64,000 bases of DNA, taken from positions 307,706,001 to 307,770,000 of the forward strand of contig OZ024742.1 of NCBI GenBank assembly GCA_964016885.1, given 5' to 3'. A model generated the notes under the pieces. The model did no database searches and had not been told where the DNA came from. It saw only the letters and a program-made list of their open reading frames with translations. This stretch comes from Eledone cirrhosa. Lineage: Eukaryota. A program made the translations under genes and the position numbers. This document shows positions 38,246 to 50,065 of the stretch, one piece after another; within the stretch, counting starts at the first letter, position 1; each line of letters begins with the position of its first letter.

Positions 38246-40997
38246 ATATTTCTATGGACTGGCATAACTCGAAAATATCCCTTTGGTATTTAATTATGTT
38301 CGTTTTTATTTAGGTCAAATCTAAGCAACAATGAGTTTTACTTTCTCCTTGTCAAAGACAGTGAGACATTTTAATATTATAAGAAATACTGGACCCTCTT
38401 TAATTGACTATTCTTTTTCAATGTTGTGGTCTTTTGTCATTGAAAGAAAGAGAAAACAATCCATCATGATACACCTGAAACGCTGCAGAACGCTGTTACA
38501 TAATCTCAGTAAATAAACTCGGTAACTTCCCTTTTAACGGATTCGTAAAAAAAAATGACCTAAGTTATATATTCTTTTTTAAGGAATATAAAATAAATAA
38601 ATACGAATATGAGGTATCAACTGTTTAAATCTAACATAATGATATTGGGGAGCTAAGTGAATTGAAGCATTTTTCACACCCACATTGAAACAGTGTAACA
38701 GCTTTAAATCACCATAAATGTTTTCTTGCTCAATTGGTGTTCGTTATGTTATGTAATGCCTATTTGCCTTTTAATCAATTCAAAATATATAATAACATAT
38801 ATTTTAAACTGGAAGTTTGAAGGCTATATCAATCCAATCAGAAGATTAAATTCACATAAGAACACGAAGAAAGATATTGAATTATTTAATGAGCTTGATA
38901 TTTCAAAATATTCTTTCGTGAATATTAGATATGTTTGTCATTGTCCTTCTTTATATTTAATCTTCCGACTGCATTACTATAGCTAACACACATATGTCAT
39001 ATTCGAAAACACTTACAGCAAATTACAACGCTCTTCCATTATATTTATTACTGACTAAATGCCTCTCAGTATTTTTATGTCCCCTAAAGTCCTTTAATTG
39101 CTCCAACTTTGGACATTGTTTTTAATTCTTATGAGATGGATAAAGGAAATATTAGTTAAATACTAGATTCCAAGTAAGAGATCTCATCAACACATTCACA
39201 ATTTTTGCGAAAAGAAGCTTTTTCTGCTCTAGCGTCCATGTTACTTCAGTAAAAGATCCGATGGTTCGTTTTTGCTAAAATATTGCTCTAAGATAGGAAG
39301 CCTATCACTATTATTCATGTCACAAAATACCTGCTTCTCGTCCGGAGAAGACCGGTAGTAAGAGTTTAAACGCTGACAGAATCTGAACGCAGAGGGACAG
39401 ATATAACAAGGCGCTTCGTTTAAACAGATTCTGCAAATTATCCGCTCTATACTGTCTATTTATTTATTGAATATATTGTCTTCAGAGCACAGACACCTGG
39501 CAATACCTCAGCAAGGTATGCTGTCTGGCTATCGAGCGACTCTATTAATTGACGATCGGGTTAGAAACTCCAATGGAAGACTCAGTAGAGTGAAACAAAT
39601 TTTCTTGTAATATTGAGAAACATTGCGTTAAGACTTTCATTCAAATGGTACTGGGATTAATTTGAGGCACGATAAATACGGACACGTTAATTAGGGGTAC
39701 TGTTTCAATCCCATGATCCATACATCTAGATAATTGGTTTTGTTCCTATGTTAAAGATGATTACTCCCATTAAGTGAGTAATGGTGGATACCAGAATTAG
39801 CAGGTCTTTGGGGAAAATTTTATTAATTGTTTTTCTATATCTTTTAGTTTCTGAGATAAAATCCCATTGGAAATAACACCGTTTCTCATCCATAGATGAT
39901 TGATGAAATAAGACCAAATCAATCACTTAGTTTAATATAATCGGCTTCTCAACCTCACACAAAAATATTCTGAGAGTTTAGAAATCCTTTATTAGTTTGT
40001 GGCACAAGATATGATAACATATACGTTTTCGCCAAACAATCCATATACTTAAAAAATAAAGGCCAGCTTATGATAGTCCTCTATAGATAGCTGAAACAGC
40101 AATTCTGAAAATAGTATAATAGAAATAAGTTTCAATGTTTGTAAACCATTTATCTCCAAAAATACGATTCTCATAGCATGCAACATTTAATCAAATATCT
40201 TTTATAAAAATAAAAAAAAAAAAAATGTTTATTTTTGTTTTTAGCTATTGTAACATGATATGTCAGAATGTACTCCAAATAGAAACTTTTGCTTATAATA
40301 CAAGATATTTGTTTGGCGTCACGGTAGGGTTCATACCTCACTCTATACCCACTCTGCATCTGTCCATTACGCTTTTTAATTTATGATGTTGTGGCTAGTT
40401 AACACCGGTCACCGGGATAACAGAGATCGAGCGGTCATATAATCAAATTGCATCGACAACAAACATATAAGTACCTTTTCAATTTTCTGGTATTTATATA
40501 TATATATATATATATGAAAATGTTTGAGCCCGACGCTCAAGCCGTTTCGACGGCTATTTCTGGGTCCATCCGAAACGTTAAGACCCTCTTCCTGCTATTC
40601 CAAGCGTTAACCTAATATATTCCTTCCATATACTGTACCGGTTGTGTTGTTACTTCTGTTTATCTTTTACGCATACACACGCACACGCACGCACGCACGC
40701 ATACACACAGCACACACACACATATATATGTATATATTGTCATACTTGGGGAGGGTCATATTGTTATAATATTGCCAGAAATAATAACAGAACACACTCA
40801 CTGTTTGGTTTGGGTTGGTTTTTGCTTCTGTATCTTTTATATCTTCATAGTTAATTTATTTGGCAACCGATGCTTAAAAATACAGATATAAATATATATA
40901 TGTGAGTGTGTTCTGTTATTATTTCTGGCAATATTATAACAATATCACCCTCTCCAAGTATAACAATATTTGTTTCGACACACGATTTCATATCTTT

Positions 40998-41520
40998 TAG
41001 CCACGTATGGTCCCACAAAGACTCAGGTGTAGACTACTCCATTCAATGGTCCAAGACATACGCAAGGGGTAATCTATCTTGTGGACTGTGTATTGAAAAA
41101 TGGATCAATATTCTAAGCAGATTACGCAATAGAAATTGCCTAAATATAAGATATGAACTTTTTTTACGTTGTCCACGCGTCTGGTAACACCTCTTGCATA
41201 ACTACAAAGCTCCGAATTGAATAACATCAAGATTCTAATATTCTAATCAACTCGAACAATGTATTCCGGAGATTCGCAGTTATCTCCCTTACACCTTCCG
41301 ACCGTGGATTTTTATCGCTTGGGAGGAGTGGCCGTTTCTGCGCATGCGCGTTCATATGGTTGTTTTCTCCTTTTCCTGTTCCGTATAACCATTATCAGTC
41401 CCAGCTGAGGACCCGCATAAGGTGAAACAATTGTTCTCGGTATGGTGAACTAACTGTTGTGTTACTACTTTTACCAAACTCGTCCCATGGACTTGAGTGC
41501 TCTACTACTACGGATATTAG
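40998..41520 (+). mobile_element. Penelope-like element 3' fragment: endonuclease-domain C-terminus plus 3' UTR with hammerhead
   Basis: SHVWSHKDSGVDYSIQW..Y....SCGLCIEK..I.......LNIRYEL..RCP fits the SxHxWxxK...W...CxLC..K...LNxRxE...C tail I associate with Penelope-group GIY-YIG domains. Hammerhead core at 41400-41440. Confidence 0.7.
41400..41440 (+). ncRNA. Minimal type I hammerhead ribozyme
   Basis: CCCAG-CUGAGGA-CCCgcauaaGGU-GAAAC-AAUU-GUU-CUCGG; palindromic stem III ACAAUUGU; stem I 4 of 5 pairs; weak stem II. Confidence 0.6.
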
Positions 41521-42434
41521 CTTCCAGTATTCTACGTATATATATTCTACGTATTTGTTACAGTTGTGAGATATTGTTCGTTATTCAGGTATCACTTCTC
41601 TGTTTTTAGCCTAAGAAAATATCTATATGCGTGTGTAATTAATACACGCATACATTTATTTTTTAAAAATTAATTGAGTTCTTAACACGAAGGATTGATA
41701 ATGTTTTTGAAAAAACTAATTAACCCACGTGTATATTATTTTTCTTTTCTCGTGACTCATGATTGTCTCCCTTTCCTGCTTCATGGCGCTATGATACTTC
41801 CTCAGTCAAAGGACTGCTGGAATTTCAAATTTGGCGGTCATTCGATGCGTGAAGGGACAAATTAGCAGACACGAAAATTAACTGCGGTAAGAAATTTTTC
41901 TTATATCAAAGTTTAATGGGCTTCCACTGACGATTTATAAGTGCCCACCTAATTGTATTCTTACATGAAAATATATTAGGCTTCTACATAAACTGGAAAT
42001 ATTCTCCCAACTTGTAGAATACTTATAATGAAACAATTGTTTGGAAAGAGAGATATATTTTAATTTTAATTATATCTCATATAAAATAATACAACTGGCT
42101 TTCCACAAAATACATATAGTTGGCACCCCAGACACTAAATTGGGTTTATACTAACGTATAACCTAATGTTTGTTGAGTGAGATGGTTACCAGTCGGAGTT
42201 TAGCGTAAAGCTTTCTCTGTTATTGTATTAATTTTATATATATATATATATATTTCACTCACATTGCATTAGCCTAGGTTATCAGCAAATTATCTTGCTG
42301 AATGTACTACGCTGTGGGATTGAGCTCGAAGAACATACATTTGAGAAGAAAATGTGTTAATCGTAACAAAACAATAGTACCTCTTTTCACATTTCTTTCC
42401 CATTTCCTCTACGCTAACCTCAATATTCTTAAGT

Positions 42435-42725
42435 ATCTATCTATCTGCCTGTCTGCCTGTCTGCCTGTCTATCAATCTATCAATCTATCTGTCTGTTTGC
42501 CTGTCTTATATATCTATCTATCTATATATCTATCTATCTATCTGTCAGTCTATATCTGCGTCTCTATCCCTGTATCTTGAACCCTCTGTTTCTCTCATTT
42601 TCTATGTTTCCATTGTTCTGACTTTCTATCAGGCATGTCTCTGTTTATTTCTCTACCCATATCTCTCTCCATCTCCTTCTCCTCCTCTCTCTCACATCAA
42701 CCTCTATCTATCTATCTATCTATCT
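42435..42725. repeat. Degenerate (TCTA/TCTG)n and TC-rich tract; landing site of the Tx1 array
   Basis: Directly visible; pure (TATC)n immediately precedes the LINE 5' end. Confidence 0.85.
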
Positions 42726-42927
42726 TGATAGAGTAAGACACGCTTCGCATCGGCTCCGCTATTCCATCGGGATTTACCCTTACTATTGTAAGTACCGGAT
42801 ACATTTTTTAGTGCAACACATTTGGAACACTAACCCCTGTTATTTAGGGAAACATTTTTGCATTTACCCCCTTTTTAGGGGGTAAAATAAATATCTATTT
42901 TTGCCGAAAAATTTCTTTCTTGGCAGC

Positions 42928-44763
42928 ATGGCGGAAAAGATGGCAGACATGTCTGCCATTAGCTCTGCCACGCCCCCCAAGTCTGAAGAACAAAAAATAA
43001 TTACAACAAAATTAGACATTGAAACAAACAAACAAAATGAAAAAACAAATGTTAAGGAAAATGAGCAAACAGAAAACAAACAAACAGAAAATAATACAAA
43101 TAACGACAGGGCAACTTTCGCCCAGAAAACAAAGCAATCCATTACATACACACCAATTGACCTAACTGCCGCCAGAGAAAAACTGGCCGAAGCAAAGAAA
43201 CATATTGTTTTGGGGGAGAACGGAATGTTTTCCATTAACTCCCCCCCAGAATTCAAGAAAGCCAGAGCAGAAAACACAGTTATATACAGAACTATACTGA
43301 ACCAGACAAGAAAGCCAGCACAGCCCAGCCAAATGGAAATAGAGTTAGTCCTAAAAGACTATATGAAGAATATTCTCTTCATACGAAAGGACCGACTCTA
43401 TGGCAGCATTTCGGTCCTAACAAGAGACAAAGAAACGGCGGAGAAGCTTTCCCTAAGCCCACTCTCGTCGACAACATATAGCTTCTATCCCTCCTACATG
43501 GGTAGAAGAACACAGAGAGTAAAAGTAAAAACAATGCTGCCCACAATGGACTTCTGGTGGGCTATTGCTGGCTTCATTGATATGGGCGAAGACACTATGC
43601 TGTCAATGGGGAAGGCAACTGGAGATGCGTTCCTGGGAATGGGCCTCGACATACTAGTCCAAATGAGGCCCGAAAGAATAGCACAAATCCCGGATCGCAT
43701 CTGGCTGGATGACCTTACCCCAATAGACATAATTGTAGAGGGGAGAAGACCAGCATGCTATTTATGCATGGAAAGGGGACACGTTAAGGCTAACTGCCCG
43801 AAACGTATCCCCCAAAAAGGACTATTGCCCACACCCACCACAAACAGTACACCAGCACCACCCACCTCCAAAAATACACTAATACCACACACAGCAAACA
43901 AAATACAGACACCACCAACCACAAACACAACACAAACATCACCACCACCAGCACCAAACACAAGCACGACACAAAAATCACCACCACCAACCACAACACA
44001 AACATCACCACCACCATCACCAACCACAAGCACGACACAAACATTACCACCACCACCACCACAAAACCCATTCCAAACAAATAATAAAAAAAACAGTAAC
44101 AAATCTACCCCTCCCGCAAAAAAAAAACAACCACACAACACGTCCCTCCCACCTAGCGCTGAAGAGTTTCCCCCAACTTCTGAAGAAGAAGGAGGAGAAG
44201 CCTTCAGACAAGTTAAAAGAAAAAAAAGAAAACACACACCCAGCACACCACAAATAACCCACACACAAACACCAACTCCAATCAAAAACACCCCACCCTC
44301 AACAAACAAAAATAAATCTGCGCCTCCCCTCTCCGAAACATTGACAGCATCACAAAAAAAGACGTTGCAATACACATATATAAATAAAGAAAACAAAAAA
44401 CTGGTTAAATTAATAAACAATAACCCTATGATGCAGACCGAAGGGCCAAACTTTATCTCAACAGAGAACTTCACCCATTTAAAAATGATAAAGGTCCCTC
44501 TGGACCTTTATCGTTCCTTAAAAGAACAATTTAGACGGGACGTGAGCCCCCCCTGTTTAAAACCGTTGAATCGCGTCCTCTTGAAAGATTTCCCCATAAC
44601 CGCCCCTCTCCCTGACACAACTCCAAATACCCCAACCCCACCACACACGTGTACCCCCACACCACCACAAAACATCCCTCCACCCAACACACCTGATGCC
44701 ATGGAAATTACGCAACCCGGAGAGGTAAGTGCTTTTCTTTCTTCACTTTCAACACCAAAATAG
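42928..44763 (+). CDS. LINE ORF1p (gag-like, single CCHC zinc knuckle, long Pro/Thr-rich tail)
   Basis: Open frame of about 611 codons from ATG 42928; CYLCMERGHVKANC (CX2CX4HX4C); basic KRKKRK motif; directly upstream of ORF2. Confidence 0.88.
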   Translation: MAEKMADMSAISSATPPKSEEQKIITTKLDIETNKQNEKTNVKENEQTENKQTENNTNNDRATFAQKTKQSITYTPIDLTAAREKLAEAKKHIVLGENGMFSINSPPEFKKARAENTVIYRTILNQTRKPAQPSQMEIELVLKDYMKNILFIRKDRLYGSISVLTRDKETAEKLSLSPLSSTTYSFYPSYMGRRTQRVKVKTMLPTMDFWWAIAGFIDMGEDTMLSMGKATGDAFLGMGLDILVQMRPERIAQIPDRIWLDDLTPIDIIVEGRRPACYLCMERGHVKANCPKRIPQKGLLPTPTTNSTPAPPTSKNTLIPHTANKIQTPPTTNTTQTSPPPAPNTSTTQKSPPPTTTQTSPPPSPTTSTTQTLPPPPPQNPFQTNNKKNSNKSTPPAKKKQPHNTSLPPSAEEFPPTSEEEGGEAFRQVKRKKRKHTPSTPQITHTQTPTPIKNTPPSTNKNKSAPPLSETLTASQKKTLQYTYINKENKKLVKLINNNPMMQTEGPNFISTENFTHLKMIKVPLDLYRSLKEQFRRDVSPPCLKPLNRVLLKDFPITAPLPDTTPNTPTPPHTCTPTPPQNIPPPNTPDAMEITQPGEVSAFLSSLSTPK

Positions 44764-44768
44764 ATCAA

Positions 44769-47700
44769 TTGAGAGTTGGCTGTTTGAACGCGCGTGGCCT
44801 GAGCTCAGCTTGGAAGCAAGCAAAGCTTCTAAGTGACCTCAGGTCAGAAAGTATAGATGTGATGGTTGTTTGCGAGAGTCGGATCAGCAGCGTGAGACAG
44901 CTGGCGCCCGCCTTCGATGACTTTGAGATGCACGCATCTCTCTGTCAACCCGGAGGCGGGGGGGGGGGGGGAGTTGCCGTACTGCTGGATAAACGTCTGA
45001 CTCTCGACGTACAGATTGTTCACTCGGACCCGGGGGGTCGATTACTGGTGCTGGACGTCGGAGGTGGTGAAGGCGGGGCTTTCAGACTGGTCGGTCTTTA
45101 TGCTCCCTTCGGGGCGGAAAGAGCCGACTTCTTCCAACGTCTGGAGACTTTTCTAGGAACGTCGCGTTCCCTGCTTTTAGTGGGGGACTGGAATGGAATC
45201 CTAGATGCGCGTTGGGACTATGCAGGGGCATGTCCCGATAGAGGGGGGTGTAGCAGCCTCAAGGGGTTACTCGATCGATTCGACCTGGTCGATAGATTTC
45301 GACTAGATTGTCCAACTGCGCCAACCTGGACCTGGGCAAACCGCAGTGGACAATCTAGATCGTACCTAGATAGGTTTTTGGTTAGGAGTAAGGATAGGGA
45401 CGTATTTAGTTGTCCAGAACTGATCATGGTTGGCTATTCAGATCACAAATTAGTGACCTGCGTGGTCAACCTTGATAGAACGCATAGACAGGGTCCCGGT
45501 TACTGGAAGATGAACTTGTCCTTACCGACAAAGAAAGATTACAGAAACCGGATTAGTAGCTTAGTTAAGATGCGGTTGACGGGAGCGATCGTCAACAGTA
45601 GGTGGTGGATATCTCTAAAGAGAGAGATTAGAGTAAGTTCGATAGGTTACAGTAAGGAACTAGCGGCGAATAGAAATAGGAGGGAAAGGGAGTTAACAGA
45701 TAAACTAGAAGAGGCGATTAGGAGCGGAGACGTAGCCAGAGTGTTAGCGACGAGAACGGCATTGAGCCAGTTCTTTGACGCGAAGCACGAAGGCTGCGTT
45801 GTCCGAAGTAAAATACGTGCTTTAGGAAACGAGGGGACCAAAGCTGTTAGCTGGGCCCGCGTGACAGAAGCCAAGAGTGGGATTAAATCCACCATTCGGT
45901 CTTTGCGAGACCAGGATGGACGGGTGATCCTTGAACCTGAGCGAATGTGCGAGACCTTTCAAAGGCACTTTGCTCGACTGTTCGGAGGTGGCGGGGGGCC
46001 GGATGGGGATGTGGACTTCGGTCCATACCTCGACGGTCTACCGCGTCTTTCGAGCGGCGAAGCGGAGTGCTGCGAAGGGCCAATCACAGCCACTGAAATC
46101 GGGGAAGCGCTCAGCCAATGCAGCAGACGCAAATCCCCGGGTCTCGATGGTCTACCATACGAACTTTATTTAGCTATGCCGGTCTTGTTCTCCGAACTCC
46201 TCGAGGCTGTCTATTGCAACTGGCAACAGAACGGGAGAATTCCCTGTTCTGTGACCAAGGGCGTGGTCACGCTAGTGAGGAAGGACGAGAGCAAGGGGGA
46301 CGACTTAAGTAACTTTAGGCCCATAACTCTGCTGAATGCAGAGTTACAGATTTTGGCCAAGGTGTTGGCGAAGAGGTTGGCGCTTGTGGTGGGTGGTTTG
46401 GTGGGAGACGCGCAGACATGCGCTATCCCGTCCAGGTCCATTCACGACAACCTCCACCTCATGCGATACATCATAGAGAGGGTTGGCTACGAACCCGGCT
46501 TTAGTGGGGCCCTGATCAACTTGGATCAATCTAAGGCGTTCGATAGGGTCGACCATGGTTACCTGGATGCGGTGCTAGCGGCGGCGGGCTTCGGACCCGT
46601 TTTCAGGGGCTGGATTTCTGCCATGCACAGTGGCAACATCTACTCTAGGATTAAAGTAAACGGCTACCTCTCGGAGCCGTTTCAAATCACCCGATCCATC
46701 AGACAGGGGTGCCCCCTCTCCTCCCTTCTGTACGTATTGACTCTCGAGCCACTGCCGCGGAAGTTGGAGTTGCTGCGGGGCATACCCCTGGAACCGGGAT
46801 TGCACAAAGCGGTCTCGGCCTATGCCGACGACGTAACAGTAATGGTGGCGGACGCCTCGGAAATCGGGGCGATCGCCACCCTACTGGAGGAATACGAAAG
46901 GCTGACGGGGGCTAAGCTGAACCAGGACAAGTCAGTCGGTTTGCAACTCGGAACGTGGAGGGGCAAACCGATGCCGTTAGACGGTGTCGTCGGGCGGTGG
47001 ACGGAGGGCCCGGTGAAGCTGCTCGGGGTCTGGTTCGGACCGGACCTCCAGGTGGAGAAGAATTGGGGCGAGGTGACGAGCAGGGTGTTTGCGCTGACCC
47101 AGAAGTGGGCCAAGTGCAAACTATCACTGAAAGGTCGGGCGGAGGTGACGAACGCTTACATAGCGTCCGTCATCTACTACCGCCTGACCGTCGTGCCTTG
47201 CCCCAAGGAAAAGCTCACCATCATGGAACGCATGCTCTTCCAGTTCCTCTGGAAGAAGCGGCCTCCCATGGTGAGGAGATCCATCTGCTGCCAGCACCCT
47301 TCGAAAGGAGGGCTGGGTATGCCGTGGCTGTTGATGCGTAGGCACGCATTGAGGCTACGGCATCTACAGGTATTCCTCAACGGTCAGCCGGTGTGGGCCC
47401 CGTTTGTGAGGCGAGCCTTCCCACAGCTCGTCTCGCTCACCGAACTGCAATCCTGGGTGAAGCAAAGACCGAGAAAACTGGGCAACTGGCACACTGAGTG
47501 TGCCCAGGCGCTCACGGCTATCTGGCAAGCGGACCCGACTGTCAGTGGAGAATCCACCTCGACATTCTATAGAGGGTTGGTGGCTAGCAGGGGCGACGAC
47601 ACCCTTGGAGAGTCGCTAGGCATGGAGGAGGACGAACTGGCCAGCCTGTTCGGTAGAACTTTCGGCCCGGGACCCATGGACAACTTCCAGAGGTCCCTAG

Positions 47701-48203
47701 CCTGGCAGTGTTACCGGGGGGCTCTGCCCGTTCGAGAAAAGCTCTACAGACACGGGCGCCCGGGCAGGGATCCCGCGAAAAAGATCTGTCCCAGATGCGT
47801 GCGCGACGAGGAAACCGTTGCGCATGCACTGGTACACTGCCCGGGCGTTGCCGATCTGTGGGGCTACGTCGAACGACTGCTGTCGCGTGTGGCGCCGATT
47901 CGATTAACCGCCGAGTCTGTGGTGAACATCAAGCCGCCTCCTCCCTTCAGAAATGAAGCAGAGGCGGTCTTTCTGTGCGTAATAGCCATGATGAAAGAGG
48001 TTGTGTGGTGGACGCGCCTGAAAGGTCTGAGGTCGGGTGACTTTCTCTCCGGCCATCACCTGGTTTACTTCTTCCGATACCACTTCGGAAGAAGAATCAG
48101 GATGGAGAGAGAAGTGCTTGGTCCCAGACAGTTTTATGAAAGGTGGGTGAAAGAAGCGAGAATGGCCCGTGTAAATGGGCCTTCTCTCTACATTGTTCTG
48201 TAG
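44769..48203 (+). CDS. LINE ORF2p: APE endonuclease, reverse transcriptase and C-terminal zinc-binding motif (1144 aa, uninterrupted)
   Basis: EN: CLNARG, VCES, GDWN, SYLDRF, SDH. RT: KSPGLDG, NFRPITLLN, LDQSKAFDRVDH, RQGCPLS, YADD, KLLGV. Zn: CPRC...ETVAHALVHC. Starts at TTG, so the start is uncertain. Confidence 0.95.
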   Translation: MRVGCLNARGLSSAWKQAKLLSDLRSESIDVMVVCESRISSVRQLAPAFDDFEMHASLCQPGGGGGGGVAVLLDKRLTLDVQIVHSDPGGRLLVLDVGGGEGGAFRLVGLYAPFGAERADFFQRLETFLGTSRSLLLVGDWNGILDARWDYAGACPDRGGCSSLKGLLDRFDLVDRFRLDCPTAPTWTWANRSGQSRSYLDRFLVRSKDRDVFSCPELIMVGYSDHKLVTCVVNLDRTHRQGPGYWKMNLSLPTKKDYRNRISSLVKMRLTGAIVNSRWWISLKREIRVSSIGYSKELAANRNRRERELTDKLEEAIRSGDVARVLATRTALSQFFDAKHEGCVVRSKIRALGNEGTKAVSWARVTEAKSGIKSTIRSLRDQDGRVILEPERMCETFQRHFARLFGGGGGPDGDVDFGPYLDGLPRLSSGEAECCEGPITATEIGEALSQCSRRKSPGLDGLPYELYLAMPVLFSELLEAVYCNWQQNGRIPCSVTKGVVTLVRKDESKGDDLSNFRPITLLNAELQILAKVLAKRLALVVGGLVGDAQTCAIPSRSIHDNLHLMRYIIERVGYEPGFSGALINLDQSKAFDRVDHGYLDAVLAAAGFGPVFRGWISAMHSGNIYSRIKVNGYLSEPFQITRSIRQGCPLSSLLYVLTLEPLPRKLELLRGIPLEPGLHKAVSAYADDVTVMVADASEIGAIATLLEEYERLTGAKLNQDKSVGLQLGTWRGKPMPLDGVVGRWTEGPVKLLGVWFGPDLQVEKNWGEVTSRVFALTQKWAKCKLSLKGRAEVTNAYIASVIYYRLTVVPCPKEKLTIMERMLFQFLWKKRPPMVRRSICCQHPSKGGLGMPWLLMRRHALRLRHLQVFLNGQPVWAPFVRRAFPQLVSLTELQSWVKQRPRKLGNWHTECAQALTAIWQADPTVSGESTSTFYRGLVASRGDDTLGESLGMEEDELASLFGRTFGPGPMDNFQRSLAWQCYRGALPVREKLYRHGRPGRDPAKKICPRCVRDEETVAHALVHCPGVADLWGYVERLLSRVAPIRLTAESVVNIKPPPPFRNEAEAVFLCVIAMMKEVVWWTRLKGLRSGDFLSGHHLVYFFRYHFGRRIRMEREVLGPRQFYERWVKEARMARVNGPSLYIVL

Positions 48204-48444
48204 GTGAAGAAGTGAAGAGGAAAGGGGGAGCGCCTCCTCTCTGGGCTTCCCCCACGAAAAGAGTTGCACACTTTTCGGGGGTATGTGCAATCCCCAACAC
48301 GCCCCCTCCCTTTTGAGGACTTTTTATTGTTATATTATTATTGTTATTCCTTTTTCTTTACTCGATTTATGTAAACTCCCCCACTGTGTAAATGTCCCCT
48401 TCTTTTGTGCCCTCGTGGCAAATAAATAGAAATTTATCTATCTA

Positions 48445-49018
48445 GTAGAACGACTATTGTCGCGGGTGATACGAATCCAGTTGACCACCGAGACCATTGT
48501 CATAATCAAACCGCCACCCTCCTTCAAAAACGACGGAGAGGCGGTTTTCCTTTGTGTGATAGCTATGGCGAAAGATGTTGTATGGTGGACAAGGTTAAAA
48601 GGGCTGAGGTCAGACACCTTTCTCTCCGACCAACAACTGATTCTTTCTTTCAAATACCACTTTGGAAGAAGAATCAGGATGGAGAGAGAGGTGCTGTACC
48701 CCAGCAAGTTTTATGAAAGGTGGGTGAAAGTGGCGAGAATGGCCCGAGTGAATGGGCCTTCTCTCTATATCAGCCTGTAGGTTGAGGAAAAGGAGGAAGA
48801 GAGGAAAGAGGTAAAAGCTCTTCGTACTCCTGGAGATGAGGGTTGCACATTTTTTTTGGGGGGGGATGTTACCCATATGAAATGTCTCCCCTATTGGGGA
48901 AAATCGATTGACTTTTAAATTACATTTGTGATAATATTTTACACGTTTTTATTGTATGTAAACTTCCCCCTTTGTATTTATCCCCTTCTTTTGTGCCCCT
49001 GTGGCTAATAAAGAAACA
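48445..49018 (+). mobile_element. Tx1 copy 2, 5'-truncated (3' UTR type b)
   Basis: ORF 48457-48780 matches the ORF2 C-terminus; AATAAAGAAAC then (TCTA)n. Confidence 0.92.
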
Positions 49019-49043
49019 TATCTATCTATCTATCTATCTATCT

Positions 49044-50018
49044 ACTGAGTGTGCCCAGGCGCTCACCGCCCTCTGGCAGGCGGATCCGGTTATCAGTGGA
49101 GACTCCACCGCAACATTCTATAGAGGGCTGGTACGCAGCAGGTGCGACGACGCCCTCGGAGAAGCCCTAGACATGGAGGAGGACGAACTGGCCAGCCTGT
49201 TCGGTAGGACATTCAGCCCGGGACCTATGGACAACTTCCAGAAGTCCCTGGCCTGGCAGTGCTACCGAGGGGCTTTACCCGTTCGAGAAAGGCTCTACAG
49301 ACACGGGCGCCCGGGTAGGGACCCCGCCAAAAAGATCTGTCCCAGATGCGTGTGCGACGAGGAAACCGTTGCACACGCATTAGTACACTGCTCGGGCGTA
49401 GCCGATCTGTGGGGCTATGTCGAACAACTGCTGTCAAGGGTGGGACCGATCCGGTTGACCACCGAGTCTATTGTAATGATCAAGCCGCCTCCCCCCTTCA
49501 AAGATGAAGCAGAGGCGGTGTTTCTGTGCGTAATAGCCATGGCGAAAGAGGTTGTATGGTGGACGCGTCTGAAAGGACTGAGGTCGGGCACCTTTCTCTC
49601 TGGCCAACAACTGGTCCGTTTCTTCCGATATCATTTCGGAAGAAGGATCAGGATGGAGAGAGAGGTGCTGCACCCCAGCCGTTTCTATGAAAGATGGGTG
49701 AAAGTGGCGAGAATGGCCCGTGTGAATGGGCCTTCACTCTACATCAGACTATAGGTGAGGAAGATGAAAGACCAAGGGAGCACCCCTTCTCTGTGCTCCT
49801 GAGGAGAAAGGTTGCACACTTTTTTCGGGGGTGTGTGCGACCCCACAAGGCGCCTCCTCTCTATTGAGGATTTTGTTAAAAATTTTATTTTTTGTTATAT
49901 CTTATTTTATTTTTATATTTTGTTATTGCCTTCTCCTTATTGAGGACGCCTTTTTGTGTAAACTCCCCCCTTTGTACTTGTCCCACTTTTGATGCCCTAG
50001 TGGCAAATAAAAGAAATA
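49044..50018 (+). mobile_element. Tx1 copy 3, 5'-truncated
   Basis: Open frame TECAQAL...NGPSLYIRL to 49754; 3' UTR; (TCTA)n on both sides. Confidence 0.92.

Positions 50019-50064
<46 letters not shown>

Positions 50065-50065
<1 letters not shown>

Larger units (their letters stand above)
42726..48434 (+). mobile_element. Full-length Tx1-type (L1 clade) non-LTR retrotransposon
   Basis: 5' UTR, ORF1, ORF2, 3' UTR with AATAAA; (TCTA)n on both sides. Confidence 0.93.

Noticed and set aside
37025-39516. Plus-strand exon-like pieces near 37025-37094 and 39487-39516
   Set aside because: Splice-like signals only; very short and expected by chance in AT-rich DNA.
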